DNA of 63,778 nt, the filler included, from Octopus bimaculoides (taxonomy: Eukaryota): NCBI RefSeq assembly GCF_001194135.2. It is 4 parts of 3 records of this genome, joined end to end, with 100 filler letters (N's around TTAATTAATTAA, not from the genome) between each part and the next. Parts side by side here need not be neighbours in the genome. Positions count along the whole stretch, not along the records: positions 1 to 13,702 come from NC_068989.1; positions 13,803 to 27,190 come from NC_068989.1; 2 more parts are not named here. The stretch is one strand, 5' to 3'. The position numbers and the translations under genes are program-made. How positions within the stretch are numbered: the first letter of the stretch is position 1; the number at the start of each line of letters is the position of its first letter. The notes below the pieces were generated by a model. It made no database searches and was not told the DNA's origin. It saw only the letters and a program-made list of their open reading frames with translations. Of the stretch, positions 12,222 through 25,534 are shown in pieces.

Positions 12222-12705
12222 CAGTAGACTGCCACTAATCTGGCAACCTGTAATCCGGTAAAACTAGTAATCCAGCTCTAATTTAGGCTAGAAAAATTTC
12301 AAATAATTTCAAATTTCCCGGGTCAACGCACCAACTAGCCGCTACGATTTGTTGGTGCTACTTACTGCATAAACGCACTCGCATCATTTGTAAACAAAGG
12401 TAGGCTTTTTCAGTTTTTTTTTTCGTTTATTATCATGCCTTTTTCACTTTTAGCCCAGCTATGGTTCCAATGCATAAATGAAGTGCTTCTCTTAGTGTAA
12501 AGCATAAACACCGTACATTGTCCAAAATAGAAAAAGTTGAACTTTTGAAAATCTTGACAGCGGTGTGTCTGTGAATAGACTGTGTGAATTATACAACGTC
12601 GTTGGATCTTCGACAGTTTATGACAAACAATCCCGAGAAAGATCAGGAAAAATAAGAGCATGCAATATAAAGAAAAGGGAGAAGAGGTAAGAAAACATGG
12701 CTTAG
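12222..12705 (+). mobile_element. Tigger/pogo 5' fragment with frameshifted CENP-B-type HTH
   Basis: TA|CAGTAGAC terminus; KHRTLSKIEKVELLK / LDSGVSVNRLCELYNVVGSSTVYD with a 1-nt frameshift. Confidence 0.75.
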
Positions 12706-15500
12706 ACAAATAATCTAGAAGCCCAATATGTTAAGCGCAAATACATTTACCATCAGGGCTACAAAAGCGTAGATGATAAAGTGGGCTATATGATGTCTAG
12801 GGAATACTACAAATTATTAACGGGTGGGTGCAATTAGAAAGGGGGGGAGCAGGGTGTTTAAAAAAGAAGTTATCAAGAAACTCTATGTAAAGAAAATATT
12901 AACATAATTATCAAAGTTCAAATCTATGTTAAAGGAGTAAACTTAAGTAAAAGCAAACAAATATTGTAGGGTGCTAATGAAAAAATTTACTCACAGGGAT
13001 CAATACCAAGAACTCCCCCCCACCTAAGATCCATATTGGTCAGTCACATGTTGAAACAGGGTTACAAGTTAAAACCGTTACAAAAGATTTGTTTATAAAT
13101 AAACAAGAAAAGAAAGGAAGGAAAAAGGCACTCGAGATAAGCCAATGAATAGATATTAAGGTCCGTTTATGTCCGGCATCTTAAAGTTATGACATAAGGG
13201 AAGCAATTGTGAGACTAACAAGTTAGTGGTTAAAGGGAGGCAACAAATGAAAAGATACAAAATATAAAGATTAATGATAGACCGGTTTCGTTCTGGTGTT
13301 TGCTGAATTTTCTTGAGAACACTCTTTTCTTAGTGGTCAGAACATAGGTAGTCTTCTTCTAACAAAATGGATGTTCACTTAGTGGTCATCCCTCTTATAT
13401 GTATGTAATATAATTTTTCTGAATCTTCAGATTTTTTCAATTTGCTAGGCCACTGCTTTTAAATTGATATGAATCAAATTAATATTGAATTTTTCATCCT
13501 TATGATTTAAATTTATTTATATACATACATAAATGCATACATACATCTATGCGCTGTTTATCTTGATATGAGATCACCATGTTGCGCACATATGGTTGTG
13601 ATGCATGTGCCTGATGTACCCATATCAGACAGGTAGTCATGATGGGTATAATGGGCTTCGTATATTTTACCCCAGTGTCACTTTGATGGCATGCACTGCT
13701 CTNNNNNNNNNNNNNNNNNNNNNNNNNNNNNNNNNNNNNNNNNNNNTTAATTAATTAANNNNNNNNNNNNNNNNNNNNNNNNNNNNNNNNNNNNNNNNNN
13801 NNAAATCAAGAAAAGCAACACGGACTTTAAAGGTTATTGCAGTACGCACGTTACATGCTACTCCATTTATTTAAGCAATGTGAACATTACATTAAATGCA
13901 AAATGCAGAGCAATCTTCAGCTGCACAAAGATATAGAAAATTGACTGAAAATTTCAGCACAATGGACATATTACTGTTGTGACAACATTTAAAATCTAAG
14001 TGGGAAAGAAGAATGCATAAAAAGAAACCATCTTGACATAGCCAAGGCTAGCATATATATATATATATATATATATATACACTCATTCTTGCCAACTGAC
14101 TTGACTGGAGCAACGTGAAATAAAGTATCTTGCTCAAGGACACAACGTATCACCAGGAATTGAACTTACGACCTTACGATCGTGAGCCGTATGCCCTAAC
14201 CACTAAGCCACGCGCCTTTGCATACATATATACACATACATACACTTACATACATATATACACATACATACATGTATTCATGTGTCTGTGTGTTTTATAC
14301 CAGTCTAAAAACCGATTTTACTTATATGAAGTCATTTGTGTTCCGTAAAGTGGAAGAACGATAAAAAAAAAAGGACCCAGAAAGGACCCAGACTAAGATA
14401 AGTTCTAGGTACTGTATAATAAACTAAACCTTTGAAGGCGGTACTACAGCCTGGCAGCAGTCTAATGAATGAATACTATAAAGGCACAAAGCAAAAGACT
14501 AAAGTAATATACATACATACACACATACATATATATATATGTATACATACACACACGCACACACACACACACGTTTGTGTATGTTCCGTTCTGTTCCCTA
14601 TGGTCCCTAACGAGATGCCAATCTGTCCCTTCAGTCTAAAATAATAATGTCCGGTCCCTAAGGACTTTGGCGCCGTATAATCAATTGCAACCAATATGTC
14701 TGCCAGGAAATATCGATCAATTTGCTTTGATAATGATTAGGGTCTGATTAATAGAAGATAAAACAGTATCACATCCCTTTATTGCTCCAGAGAGCTGAGT
14801 TTAAGACTTACGCCACCGCCTTGCTAATGTTCTGGTTCTTAGTGCTTGTAGTGGTTGTGGTAGCAGTGGAGATCACTGTTTCTCCAGTTGTAGTAGTTGT
14901 AGTGGTGGGCGTTTTTAGTTGCAATTGGTGTTTTGTATTGGCTGTGGTGTTTGTGATGGTGGTGGAGATTTCTGTGGTGGTAGTTCTTGAGGTTATGACT
15001 ATTGTTATGATTATGGTGGTTGTGTGCTTGATGATGCTGACATTATTGTTCCTGTAGTAGTAGCAGTGGTAGTGATGGTGGTAGTGGTAGTAGTAGCAGC
15101 AGCAAATATCAATTTGCTCCACCCACTACATTTCATATTTGATTAAATACAAATTAATTAAAATAATTCTGGAGTTATCTCTTTTACATTTCTTGACCGT
15201 AATTAAACATTAAACTAATAATTCTTTCTCTGCGGGTGAAATTCTAATCAATTAAACATTCTTGACTCACTCCATTTACTATTTGTTTCACATGCAGCGA
15301 CTGTCCCTGAGTAATTCCCTTTCTCAGTCATGATATATCAAGCTCTAAGCACAGTATGTCAGTCAGTGAACTGACAAATCGTAAACGCCCATTCCTCATT
15401 GAATGGAGAATCGTCTCCATAATATTTCTACAATACTGAAACTACTTACTCCTGAAGCAAGATGGCGTTTTATGTGTGTACGAGAGGGATGGAGAAAGGG

Positions 15501-15618
<118 letters not shown>

Positions 15619-16469
15619 TGTGTGTGTGTGTGTATGAGTCTGTGTGTGAGAATGCGCGTGTATTTTCTTTTCGTTATCAACTGTCCTTCTCTTTCGTTCT
15701 TTTCCCGATAAAGGCTTTCCGTCCGAAACGTCAAAACTACTTTTTATTTCTCTGAGTGTTAAGCTAATACCAATGATTTCTACCTTGTCTTTGTCGTTAT
15801 TTTCATTTTACCACTTATACATGTACGTACTATGAAGCCATATTCTTCTGACAATTTAACCGTACTTTTAAACTCTTCATGCGCACATTCCATCTACAAA
15901 TTAATTTAGATTTCTTCCAATAATTATTGGATCACTGGGATACCTGACTCAGTGCCACGGTAACAATCTTGAAAAGGTGGGTTTTGCAAAACCAGAAAGA
16001 ACAGAAAGAACCAAAACATTACAGTTACAACCTTTCAAAGGCACTATCAAAATATGTAAATCATTTATAAAGTTCAGCATATAATAAAATGCACACGTAC
16101 AAGGACATTCATCCGTGCGCCCATGTGCATGCGCACCAGTTTATATGCTTATATGTGGACAAGCATCTATGTGTACAAGCTTACATACATGTACTTACAT
16201 TCAAACTAACACATGTATTAGATAACTCTGTTGATGATTTCTAAATTCCAATGATAGAATTTTGTTTCTAGGTTAGAAACCGGCTCTTTCTTCACTGGGG
16301 AGAAATTTGAACGAAAAAAATCTCCAGGAAAATATGCATACATACACATATTTACATACATAAACACACACACTCAGGCACACTGACACACTGACACACG
16401 CACTGACACACACACACACGCATCATAAATATAAATATACATACATATATCACACAACGATATATATAC

Positions 16470-16502
<33 letters not shown>

Positions 16503-19179
16503 NNNNNNNNNNNNNNNNNNNNNNNNNNNNNNNNNNNNNNNNNNNNNNNNNNNNNNNNNNNNNNNNNNNNNNNNNNNNNNNNNNNNNNNNNNNNNNNNNN
16601 NNNNNNNNNNNNNNNNNNNNNNNNNNNNNNNNNNNNNNNNNNNNNNNNNNNNNNNNNNNNNNNNNNNNNNNNNNNNNNNNNNNNNNNNNNNNNNNNNNNN
16701 NNNNNNNNNNNNNNNNNNNNNNNNNNNNNNNNNNNNNNNNNNNNNNNNNNNNNNNNNNNNNNNNNNNNNNNNNNNNNNNNNNNNNNNNNNNNNNNNNNNN
16801 NNNNNNNNNNNNNNNNNNNNNNNNNNNNNNNNNNNNNNNNNNNNNNNNNNNNNNNNNNNNNNNNNNNNNNNNNNNNNNNNNNNNNNNNNNNNNNNNNNNN
16901 NNNNNNNNNNNNNNNNNNNNNNNNNNNNNNNNNNNNNNNNNNNNNNNNNNNNNNNNNNNNNNNNNNNNNNNNNNNNNNNNNNNNNNNNNNNNNNNNNNNN
17001 NNNNNNNNNNNNNNNNNNNNNNNNNNNNNNNNNNNNNNNNNNNNNNNNNNNNNNNNNNNNNNNNNNNNNNNNNNNNNNNNNNNNNNNNNNNNNNNNNNNN
17101 NNNNNNNNNNNNNNNNNNNNNNNNNNNNNNNNNNNNNNNNNNNNNNNNNNNNNNNNNNNNNNNNNNNNNNNNNNNNNNNNNNNNNNATCATCATCATCAC
17201 CGCCACCACCACTACCAATCACAACCAATCACAACCGCCACCTCCACCCACTCTACTACACTGACGCGCACACACACACACACACACACATGTGCTCTCT
17301 TTCTTTCCCTTTCTCTCGTTAACTCTTTCTTTCTCACACGTGCGCGCTCACACATTTACATCCATGTTATTAAATTAGAGTGTACACGGAACATGGCGCC
17401 TACAATCGCAAGATCGTGGTTTTGCAACTTTGGTCGGTCCAGGCCGGGCCGGCCAGCTCTTTCTGCTTTTGAGCAAAACACTTCATTTCACGTTGCTGCA
17501 CACCAACTGTGAGGAACCCTGTGAAGGGCTGGCGTTCAGTTCAGAGGAAATGTGATTTCGGTGGCTCAATTGCTATGGAAACCGGGAAACCGGCCTTATG
17601 AGTCCTTGGCCTAGAAACAATATTTACTCGACAGGAAATGAAGAATTTTGTTACTTTAAGGAGAATGAAGTGCATCCTTCGCTAAAGAAAGTACAGACTT
17701 TTTTTAAAGAAAAAATAGTGAAAATATTTCAAACTACATAATTAGAAATTGAGTTAATTATGCATAATTAAGCATATATTTATTGTTAAAAATCAATGTT
17801 TAATTTATATGTAGATTATTATGCAAATATTTGTTCTTGAATATTGAGTTACTGTATGTATATGTATACATTGTATGGTGTGTTATGCATGTATGTATAT
17901 CTATATGTACGCATATATGAATATATACATACATACGTACATATATATATAATCACACATGTATATATATGTATATTAACATACACACAAACACACGCAG
18001 ACACGCACATACATACATACATACATACATATATAAGCACATACATACATACATACATACATACATAAGCACATACATACGATCATACATACATACATAC
18101 ATACATACATACACACACACACANNNNNNNNNNNNNNNNNNNNNNNNNNNNNNNNNNNNNNNNNNNNNNNNNNNNNNNNNNNNNNNNNNNNNNNNNNNNN
18201 NNNNNNNNNNNNNNNNNNNNNNNNNNNNNNNNNNNNNNNNNNNNNNNNNNNNNNNNNNNNNNNNNNNNNNNNNNNNNNNNNNNNNNNNNNNNNNNNNNNN
18301 NNNNNNNNNNNNNNNNNNNNNNNNNNNNNNNNNNNNNNNNNNNNNNNNNNNNNNNNNNNNNNNNNNNNNNNNNNNNNNNNNNNNNNNNNNNNNNNNNNNN
18401 NNNNNNNNNNNNNNNNNNNNNNNNNNNNNNNNNNNNNNNNNNNNNNNNNNNNNNNNNNNNNNNNNNNNNNNNNNNNNNNNNNNNNNNNNNNNNNNNNNNN
18501 NNNNNNNNNNNNNNNNNNNNNNNNNNNNNNNNNNNNNNNNNNNNNNNNNNNNNNNNNNNNNNNNNNNNNNNNNNNNNNNNNNNNNNNNNNNNNNNNNNNN
18601 NNNNNNNNNNNNNNNNNNNNNNNNNGTGTATATGTGTATATTTTTACATAAACAACGTGTAATAACACTGACACACAAACATATGTAGTTTTGAAATAGC
18701 CTGACCGAAAAAGAAACAAACAAACAAACAAAAAAAGCAAGAAATACAGAAAAGCGATGATCTATTAGCTAGTTTCCCCCTAACGTAGAGAACTGCAAAG
18801 ATCGGCGCCTGAAAACTTATCGATTCTCTTTGATTCAAACACATATTTAGAAATTTACCGAAAAATTCAAAGATGGCTGCCGTACTAGTCGCTGGTTGCT
18901 ATGGCAGCCAGAACTGATAATACTTTCGCTATTAAAGATTGTTAAACGGTTTTAAAATTAGCTTTTGTTTAAATCCATAAAATATATGTAAACAATGGCT
19001 GACGCGTTCTGAGGAGTGTTCAGGAAAACTTTGCTGGGAATATTAAGTTGGAAGATAGTTTCAGGCCAAACAAACCAGACTCTTAGCACTTAAATTATTG
19101 TTCAACTTTCACTGCTCATGAACCATCTCAGCCTAAGTACACTTACCCTTCTCCAGTCAGTCCTGCAGCACCGTACCGT

Positions 19180-19600
19180 TGTAGCCATGGGTAGCAAGTT
19201 GGGCCCCAGTTATGCCAACTTTTTTGAAAGCATGCGGTTATTATACAGTGAATTGTATCGGTGCCATATTACTCGCTAGGGATGAACTCTGTCTTTATTT
19301 CTTGCATCAAGAACCTCCTGTTGTGGTATTTACTTCTGCCTTCTAAGACACTTCTCTTCACTTTGTTCCAACATTACTGTCTCTAGCGATGACAACCCTT
19401 ACATTTTCACCTCAATGCATTATAAACCCACTGATTAACACTCAACCATCACGTTTACCCTTTCTCACACACACATACACTCTCTCACTCTCTCTCTCTC
19501 TCTCTCTCTTTCTCTCTTTCTCTCTCCATCCAATCTATTCAGAACTATTAGAAAACATCTCTCTGAGGAAGAGTTCGGTTTGAAACATCAAATATTCCTT
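19180..19600 (+). mobile_element. Penelope-like element relic (RT motifs plus terminal hammerhead remnant)
   Basis: VAMGSKLGPSYANFF and TSMHYKPTD*HS match PLE RT motifs; CTGAGGA..GAAACATC at 19563-19589. Confidence 0.7.
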
Positions 19601-21202
19601 CTTCCTCACTCCACAATTAAATTATTTATATTCACTAATGACACAGACAATCACTAGAATCTACCCCCCTCCGCCTCAACTTCTATTGTTTACTTTATTA
19701 AACAGAAAAGTGTTTATTGACAAATATGTCCTGAATGAACCAAAACTGTTAAGGAAATTGATAAACAGAAAATCGAACAAACGCATTGACGACAATAGGC
19801 ATGGAATTATACATACATACGCACATACTTACATAAATTCACACATACACACATATTTTTTGTGGTCCACTTACAAATATCACTAAATCAAACACTGTTA
19901 AATCCACATGCTCACGCATACACACGCATACATACACACACACACTCATACACACGCACCCACATACGCCATCACACATACATACATATACAGACACATA
20001 CACGATCATCATACAACATCTCGAAAACACATGCACAACCACATTCACCACACATGCAACCACACTCTCTCCCCCACACACATACATAGACATCGCACAC
20101 ACACACGCACACACACACACACACACGCATAGACATCACGCACACACACAATCACTCATACGCACACGCATCTTGCACATGCACACAAAATCACGCTCAC
20201 CAGCACACACACACATACACACACATACACTCACACACACTTACAGCAGGTTATCAAACTACCATGGAAATAGTTGCCAAAATCACCCTCAAACCAAGAC
20301 ATACTCCTCTAAATGGGATTGACCGTATAGAGTAAGCAGTTGTTAGATAAAGGTCTTAGCTGCCTCTTGGGCAACATCATTTGGAGAGAAAGAGGAAATT
20401 TGTTTGCATGGGCGACTGTTTGTCTTCCTGGAAGGGGAAGGAAGAACGTTGTCAGGTTTGCATCTTGAAGAAAGGTCATTCAGGTGCAGAATGCCATGAT
20501 GAATCATAACGGAAGGAAGTCCTTAGATTTCCTGGATATAAAGGCGTTGGGGTGGTCACGAATGGAACGTCGAAACAACAGTGAATATAGTTACTTGATC
20601 TCTGGATCCCAACTTCTTCAACTACGACTTGCAAGCATGGCTGTGTTGTAAGAAGCTTGCTCCCCAATCCCATGGTTCCGGGTTCAGTCCCACTTCGTGG
20701 CACCTTGGACAAGTGTCTTCTACTATAGGCTCGAGCCGACCGAAGCCTTCTGAGTGGATTTGGTTGACGTAAACTGAAAGAAGTGTGTATATATATATAT
20801 ATATNNNNNNNNNNNNNNNNNNNNNNNNNNNNNNNNNNNNNNNNNNNNNNNNNNNNNNNNNNNNNNNNNNNNNNNNNNNNNNNNNNNNNNNNNNNNNNNN
20901 NNNNNNNNNNNNNNNNNNNNNNNNNNNNNNNNNNNGTGTGTCTTTGTCTTTGTGTTTGTCCTCCATCACCGCTTGACAACTGGTGTTTGGGTGTTTACGT
21001 CCCCGCAACTTAGCTGTTCGGCATAAGAACCCGATAGAATAAGTACCAGTCTTAAAAAGTAAGTACTGTGGTCGATTTGTTCGAGTAAAACCCTTCAAGG
21101 CCGTGCCCCAGCATGGCCGCAGTCTAATGACTGAAACAAGTAAAAGATAAAAGATAATAAATTGCTTACGCTTCTACAAAATACAAAACATTTTAAACTT
21201 TA

Positions 21203-21371
21203 GTACAATTAGAAAAATATATTTTTTCAACGCGTAAATACTAATAGAACAGCATATATAGGACAAAACCCTTACAGAACTGAAAAATCTGTCTGCTCTT
21301 AAAGGATCTTATCTTATATATGCTGTTCTATCAGTTCTTACGTGTTGAAAAATATATCTTTCTAATTGTAC
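21203..21371. mobile_element. Small TA-flanked MITE with ~65-bp TIRs
   Basis: TA|GTACAATTAGAAA… and …TTTCTAATTGTAC|TA are reverse complements. Confidence 0.75.
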
Positions 21372-21605
21372 TACAATACGTTTTAGCGCTTTAAAAACAA
21401 ACTTGTTTGTTTACATATGACGTAATTTCACTACTTTATTTAATTCCTAATAATATTTGATTATAAAACTATAAAAGGATTTTTTTAAAGCGTCAAAATA
21501 GCTATGAGGGTCCATTCTAATAAAACAGGAACCAAAGAGGGCCCACAGGCAAAAAATGGACGTCCACTGAGCTAGACAAACAGTAAGATTCAACAGAGTC
21601 GCATT

Positions 21606-22240
21606 GCTTGTTAATAGTCCTTTCTACTGTGGGCACAAGGGTTAAGTCGATTATATCAACCCCAATACTAACTGGTACTTATTTTATCAAATTCCGAAAG
21701 TTGATCTCGGTGGAATTTGAACTCAGAACGTAAAGACGGACGAAATGCCGGTAAGCATTTTTGTCCGGCGTGCTAACGATTCTCTTCTACTCTAGGCACC
21801 AGGCCTGAAGTTTTTAGGGAGTAGGGGCGTGGGAAGTCGATTAGATCGACCCTTGTACGCATCTGGTACTTAGTTAATCGACCCCAAAAGGATGAAAGGG
21901 AAAGTCAACCTTGGCAGAATTTGAACTCAGAACGTAACGGCAGACGAAATACTGCCAAGTATTTCGCCCGGCGTATTAACCGTTCCTGCCAGCTCGCCGC
22001 CTTACTTTGTTTATTAATAATCCTTTGTGCTCTAGGCACAAGGTCTGAAATTTGTGGAGAGCGGGGCCAGTCGATTAGATCGATCCCAGTACACAACGGA
22101 TGCTTAATTTATAGACCTCGAAAGATGAATGGCAAAGTCGACCTCGGCGGAATTTGAACTCAGAACGTAATGAGAGACGAAATACCGCGAAGCATTTCGC
22201 CCGGCGTGCTAACATTTCTGCCAAATTCTCCACCTTACTT
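21606..22240 (-). repeat. Head-to-tail array of 3-4 family A SINE units
   Basis: Repeated cggaatttgaactcagaacgta… units separated by ccttactttgttt. Confidence 0.75.
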
Positions 22241-22774
22241 TGTTTGTTAAGAGTAACAGTTAAATCTCTCAAATCACACCTTACCGTCTTTCAAAAAACA
22301 CGTAGGACACAGATAATAGAGTTTTAGATGCAACAGGCGCAATTCTAATCTCTTTGATCACATCACAGGTCTTTTTGGATCACTGCCGACCTGGGGCTAA
22401 ACCACCACCACAACAACAACAACAACAATAACAATCCAACATAATCAAACCCCTTAATAGCGGGAGGTCAATGGTGGGAAAAGTCTAAATCTGGATTTCG
22501 CTGCTGTGTACCTTCCACCACCACCACTACATTCTTACTCTACCTTCTCTCTCAGGTTTAATACTCCCTTTTTTTCTCTTTCCTTCTCTCTATCTCTCTA
22601 CGCAACTCTTCAGCTTCTCTTACAAACCTTCCCTTTATAATAACAACCCCCCACCACTACATACTCACACATACACATTCGTATACAGATATGTATATCA
22701 CTTCTTCACTGTAACTTCTTGCTTCCTTTTCTTTTTCTTACCTTTTCTCCCTCTCGCTGTTTCTCTTAGTGTCT

Positions 22775-22815
<41 letters not shown>

Positions 22816-22943
22816 CTATGTTTCCTCCTTTCCTTTCTCAGTGTGTCTCCTCCTCCTCTCCCTCCCTCCTCAAGTCTCTAATCTGTCTCTAATGTGAAAT
22901 TACGTTGTCTCATTGTAAACATTGTGTAAGGGAGAGGAAGACA

Positions 22944-22946
22944 TAG

Positions 22947-22977
<31 letters not shown>

Positions 22978-23018
22978 GATAGATAGAGAGACCTAGAGAT
23001 AGATATATATATATATAT

Positions 23019-23068
<50 letters not shown>

Positions 23069-23076
23069 GGATAGAC

Positions 23077-23107
<31 letters not shown>

Positions 23108-23162
23108 CAGAGATAGACAGACAGATAGATAAATAGACAGATGGATAGATAGATAGATAGAG
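22944..23162. repeat. (TAGA)n microsatellite followed by a G-rich purine tract
   Basis: Direct reading; gaaagtggtggagt x3 at ~23195-23237. Confidence 0.9.
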
Positions 23163-23570
23163 AAAGGGAGAGAAAGAGGAGGAATTGGTGGAGTGAAAGT
23201 GGTGGAGTGAAAGTGGTGGAGTGAAAGTGGTGGAGAGAGGTGAGACGTGGGGGTGTGAGTGAGAGTAAGTGATCGGAGGGGATAGGAAGTAGGAAAGAAA
23301 AAGGGAGGTGTGGTAGGAGATAATGTCATAAGGGCAAGATGGGGGGAAGGGTGGAATGAGAGGAAGAGGTGGGGGGAGAATCGAAGGTAAGACGAAGATG
23401 GGAGTAGGAGGAGGGGAAGAAGTGGAGAAGGGGAGGCGGTGATGTAGCGGTGTGGGGGGTGTGGGGCTGGACGGGGGCTGAGAAGCTGAGACGGTGGGAC
23501 TGCACCGAATAACCTGGCTGTAATATTCGTGTGATTAACCCACTTCGTGTATCTCGATTGATATGTATTG

Positions 23571-23614
<44 letters not shown>

Positions 23615-24928
23615 GTGTGTGTGTGTGCATGTGTGTGTATTGATGTGCCTGTGTGCATGTGTGTAGTCATGTATGTCCTTGTATGTATTGATGTATATGT
23701 ATATGTATGTATGTACTTATGAATGTGAGCGCATAATTACGTACGTATGTGTGTGTGTGTGTGTGTATGAGTGCGGGACTTGTTTGTGTATATATGTACG
23801 CTAAGTATGTTTAGAATGGATGCGTGTGAGCTTGTTTGAGCCTCTGTGATAACATGCGTGTGATGACTTCAAATTCCGCTGAGGTCGACTTCGCCTTTGA
23901 TCCCTTTCGGGGTTGATAAAATAAGAACCAGTTGAGCACTGGGGGTCGATGTAATCGTCTTGGCACCCTCTTCCGAACTTGTTAGCCTTATGCCAAAATT
24001 TGGAGGCAATAATATGTGTGTGTGAAGGCGGCGGTGAGCTGGCAGAAACGTTAGCATGCCGGACGAAATGCTTAGCGGTATTTCGTCTGCTGTTACGTTT
24101 TGAGTTCAAAATCCGCCGAGGTCGATAAATTAAAGTACTAGTTACACACTGGGGTCGATGTAATCGACTTAATCCCTTTCTCTGTCCTTGTTTGTCCCTT
24201 CTATGTTTAGCCCCTTGTGAGCTATAAAGAAATAAGAAACGTTAGCACGCCGGACGAAATGTTTAGCGGTATTTCATCTGTCTACGTTCTGAGTTCAAAT
24301 TCCGTCGAGGCCGACTTTGCCTTTCATNNNNNNNNNNNNNNNNNNNNNNNNNNNNNNNNNNNNNNNNNNNNNNNNNNNNNNNNNNNNNNNNNNNNNNNNN
24401 NNNNNNNNNNNNNNNNNNNNNNNNNNNNNNNNNNNNNNNNNNNNNNNNNNNNNNNNNNNNNNNNNNNNNNNNNNNNNNNNNNNNNNNNNNNNNNNNNNNN
24501 NNNNNNNNNNNNNNNNNNNNNNNNNNNNNNNNNNNNNNNNNNNNNNNNNNNNNNNNNNNNNNNNNNNNNNNNNNNNNNNNNNNNNNNNNNNNNNNNNNNN
24601 NNNNNNNNNNNNNNNNNNNNNNNNNNNNNNNNNNNNNNNNNNNNNNNNNNNNNNNNNNNNNNNNNNNNNNNNNNNNNNNNNNNNNNNNNNNNNNNNNNNN
24701 NNNNNNNNNNNNNNNNNNNNNNNNNNNNNNNNNNNNNNNNNNNNNNNNNNNNNNNNNNNNNNNNNNNNNNNNNNNNNNNNNNNNNNNNNNNNNNNNNNNN
24801 NNNNNNNNNNNNNNNNNNNNNNNNNNNNNNNNNNNNNNNNNNNNNNNNNNNNNNNNNNNNNNNNNNNNNNNNNNNNNNNNNNNNNNNNNNNNNNNNNNNN
24901 NNNNNNNNNNNNNNNNNNNNNNNNNNNN

Positions 24929-24960
<32 letters not shown>

Positions 24961-25015
24961 TATATTCTCTTCACTCGTTTATTACTGTTATTTTATTATT
25001 TTAACGCCTGTCCAT

Positions 25016-25060
25016 TGTCTGGAAATCTTTCGTCACACATCTGTGACCTCTTCAGCGACA
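25016..25060 (-). ncRNA. Minimal type I hammerhead ribozyme motif (core intact)
   Basis: UGUCG-CUGAAGA-G-GUCACA(gaug)UGUGAC-GAAA-GAUU-UC/-C(A)GACA: 6-bp stem II, near-palindromic helix III (AGAUUU), stem I with one bulge. Confidence 0.7.
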
Positions 25061-25095
25061 CTTTTCGTTTCCGTGTGTGCTCTTGCACCACTTAC

Positions 25096-25109
25096 TCCAT
25101 TCTGTTCTG
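25096..25109 (-). CDS. Candidate start-codon exon (ATG GA|GTAAGT) of the - strand gene
   Basis: ATG at 25100-25098 in agaATGg context (A at -3, G at +4); phase-2 donor GTAAGT matches the phase of exon 5653-5543; upstream NAGNAG acceptor and a possible UTR-exon donor at 25324. Confidence 0.3.
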
Positions 25110-25407
25110 CTGTGTTTATTTGGCAATAGATAAATAAGTAAATAAATAATAAATAACATGACCATCCCGAAACACAACAATATATATATATAAATTGTTT
25201 GTTTTTACTGTGTCGCTGTCCTGTTCTTGTAAACACTTTCACCTTCCGCAGAAAGTCCCAAATTTTATTTAATTTGCTTTGCGGCGAGGACCGTTCCAAC
25301 GAAGTTTCGGGGTGTCAAACTTACAGCGTTCGATTGACACTGCATCCGTGACAACTCTGTCTATTCTGAGATATTCACAGTCACATTCTCTGATATTGTT
25401 ATCTAGA

Positions 25408-25414
25408 TATAAAA
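25408..25414 (+). promoter_or_regulatory. Possible TATA box (TATAAAA) for the SSPO-like gene
   Basis: 42 nt upstream of ATG 25456. Alternatively ctaatcttagcAG at 25451-25452 is a splice acceptor and the TSS lies further upstream. Confidence 0.25.
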
Positions 25415-25455
25415 CTGTGGATTATGTGAGAATTAGCTGCTAATCTTAGCAGGTC

Positions 25456-25534
25456 ATGCATCTATATAAAGATTCCATTGTTAGCTTTTTTGTAGTAGTG
25501 TTTATGGAGTGTTATTATAGTGTTGTGGAATGCT
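25456..25534 (+). CDS. SSPO-like: SSPO-like exon 1: signal-peptide-like [26 protein letters not shown]
   Basis: ATG at 25456, hydrophobic core FFVVVF, strong phase-1 donor T|GTAAGT at 25535; directly upstream of the Cys-rich exons. The link to the next exon is hidden by a gap. Confidence 0.65.

Noticed and set aside
12710-13400. Possible Penelope GIY-YIG remnant on the - strand (also 20280-20640 and 23400-23570)
   Set aside because: Only vague motif resemblance; too degraded to support without a profile search.
14808-15122. Thr-rich ORFs (also 26427-26855) resembling mucin PTS domains
   Set aside because: They come from degenerate (GTN)n microsatellites, lie antisense to the SSPO-like gene and lack splice signals.
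21606-22240. CRISPR-like repeat-spacer array
   Set aside because: The units are tandem SINE-A fragments of 150-200 bp in a eukaryotic intron; there is no constant repeat or unique spacer and no cas genes.
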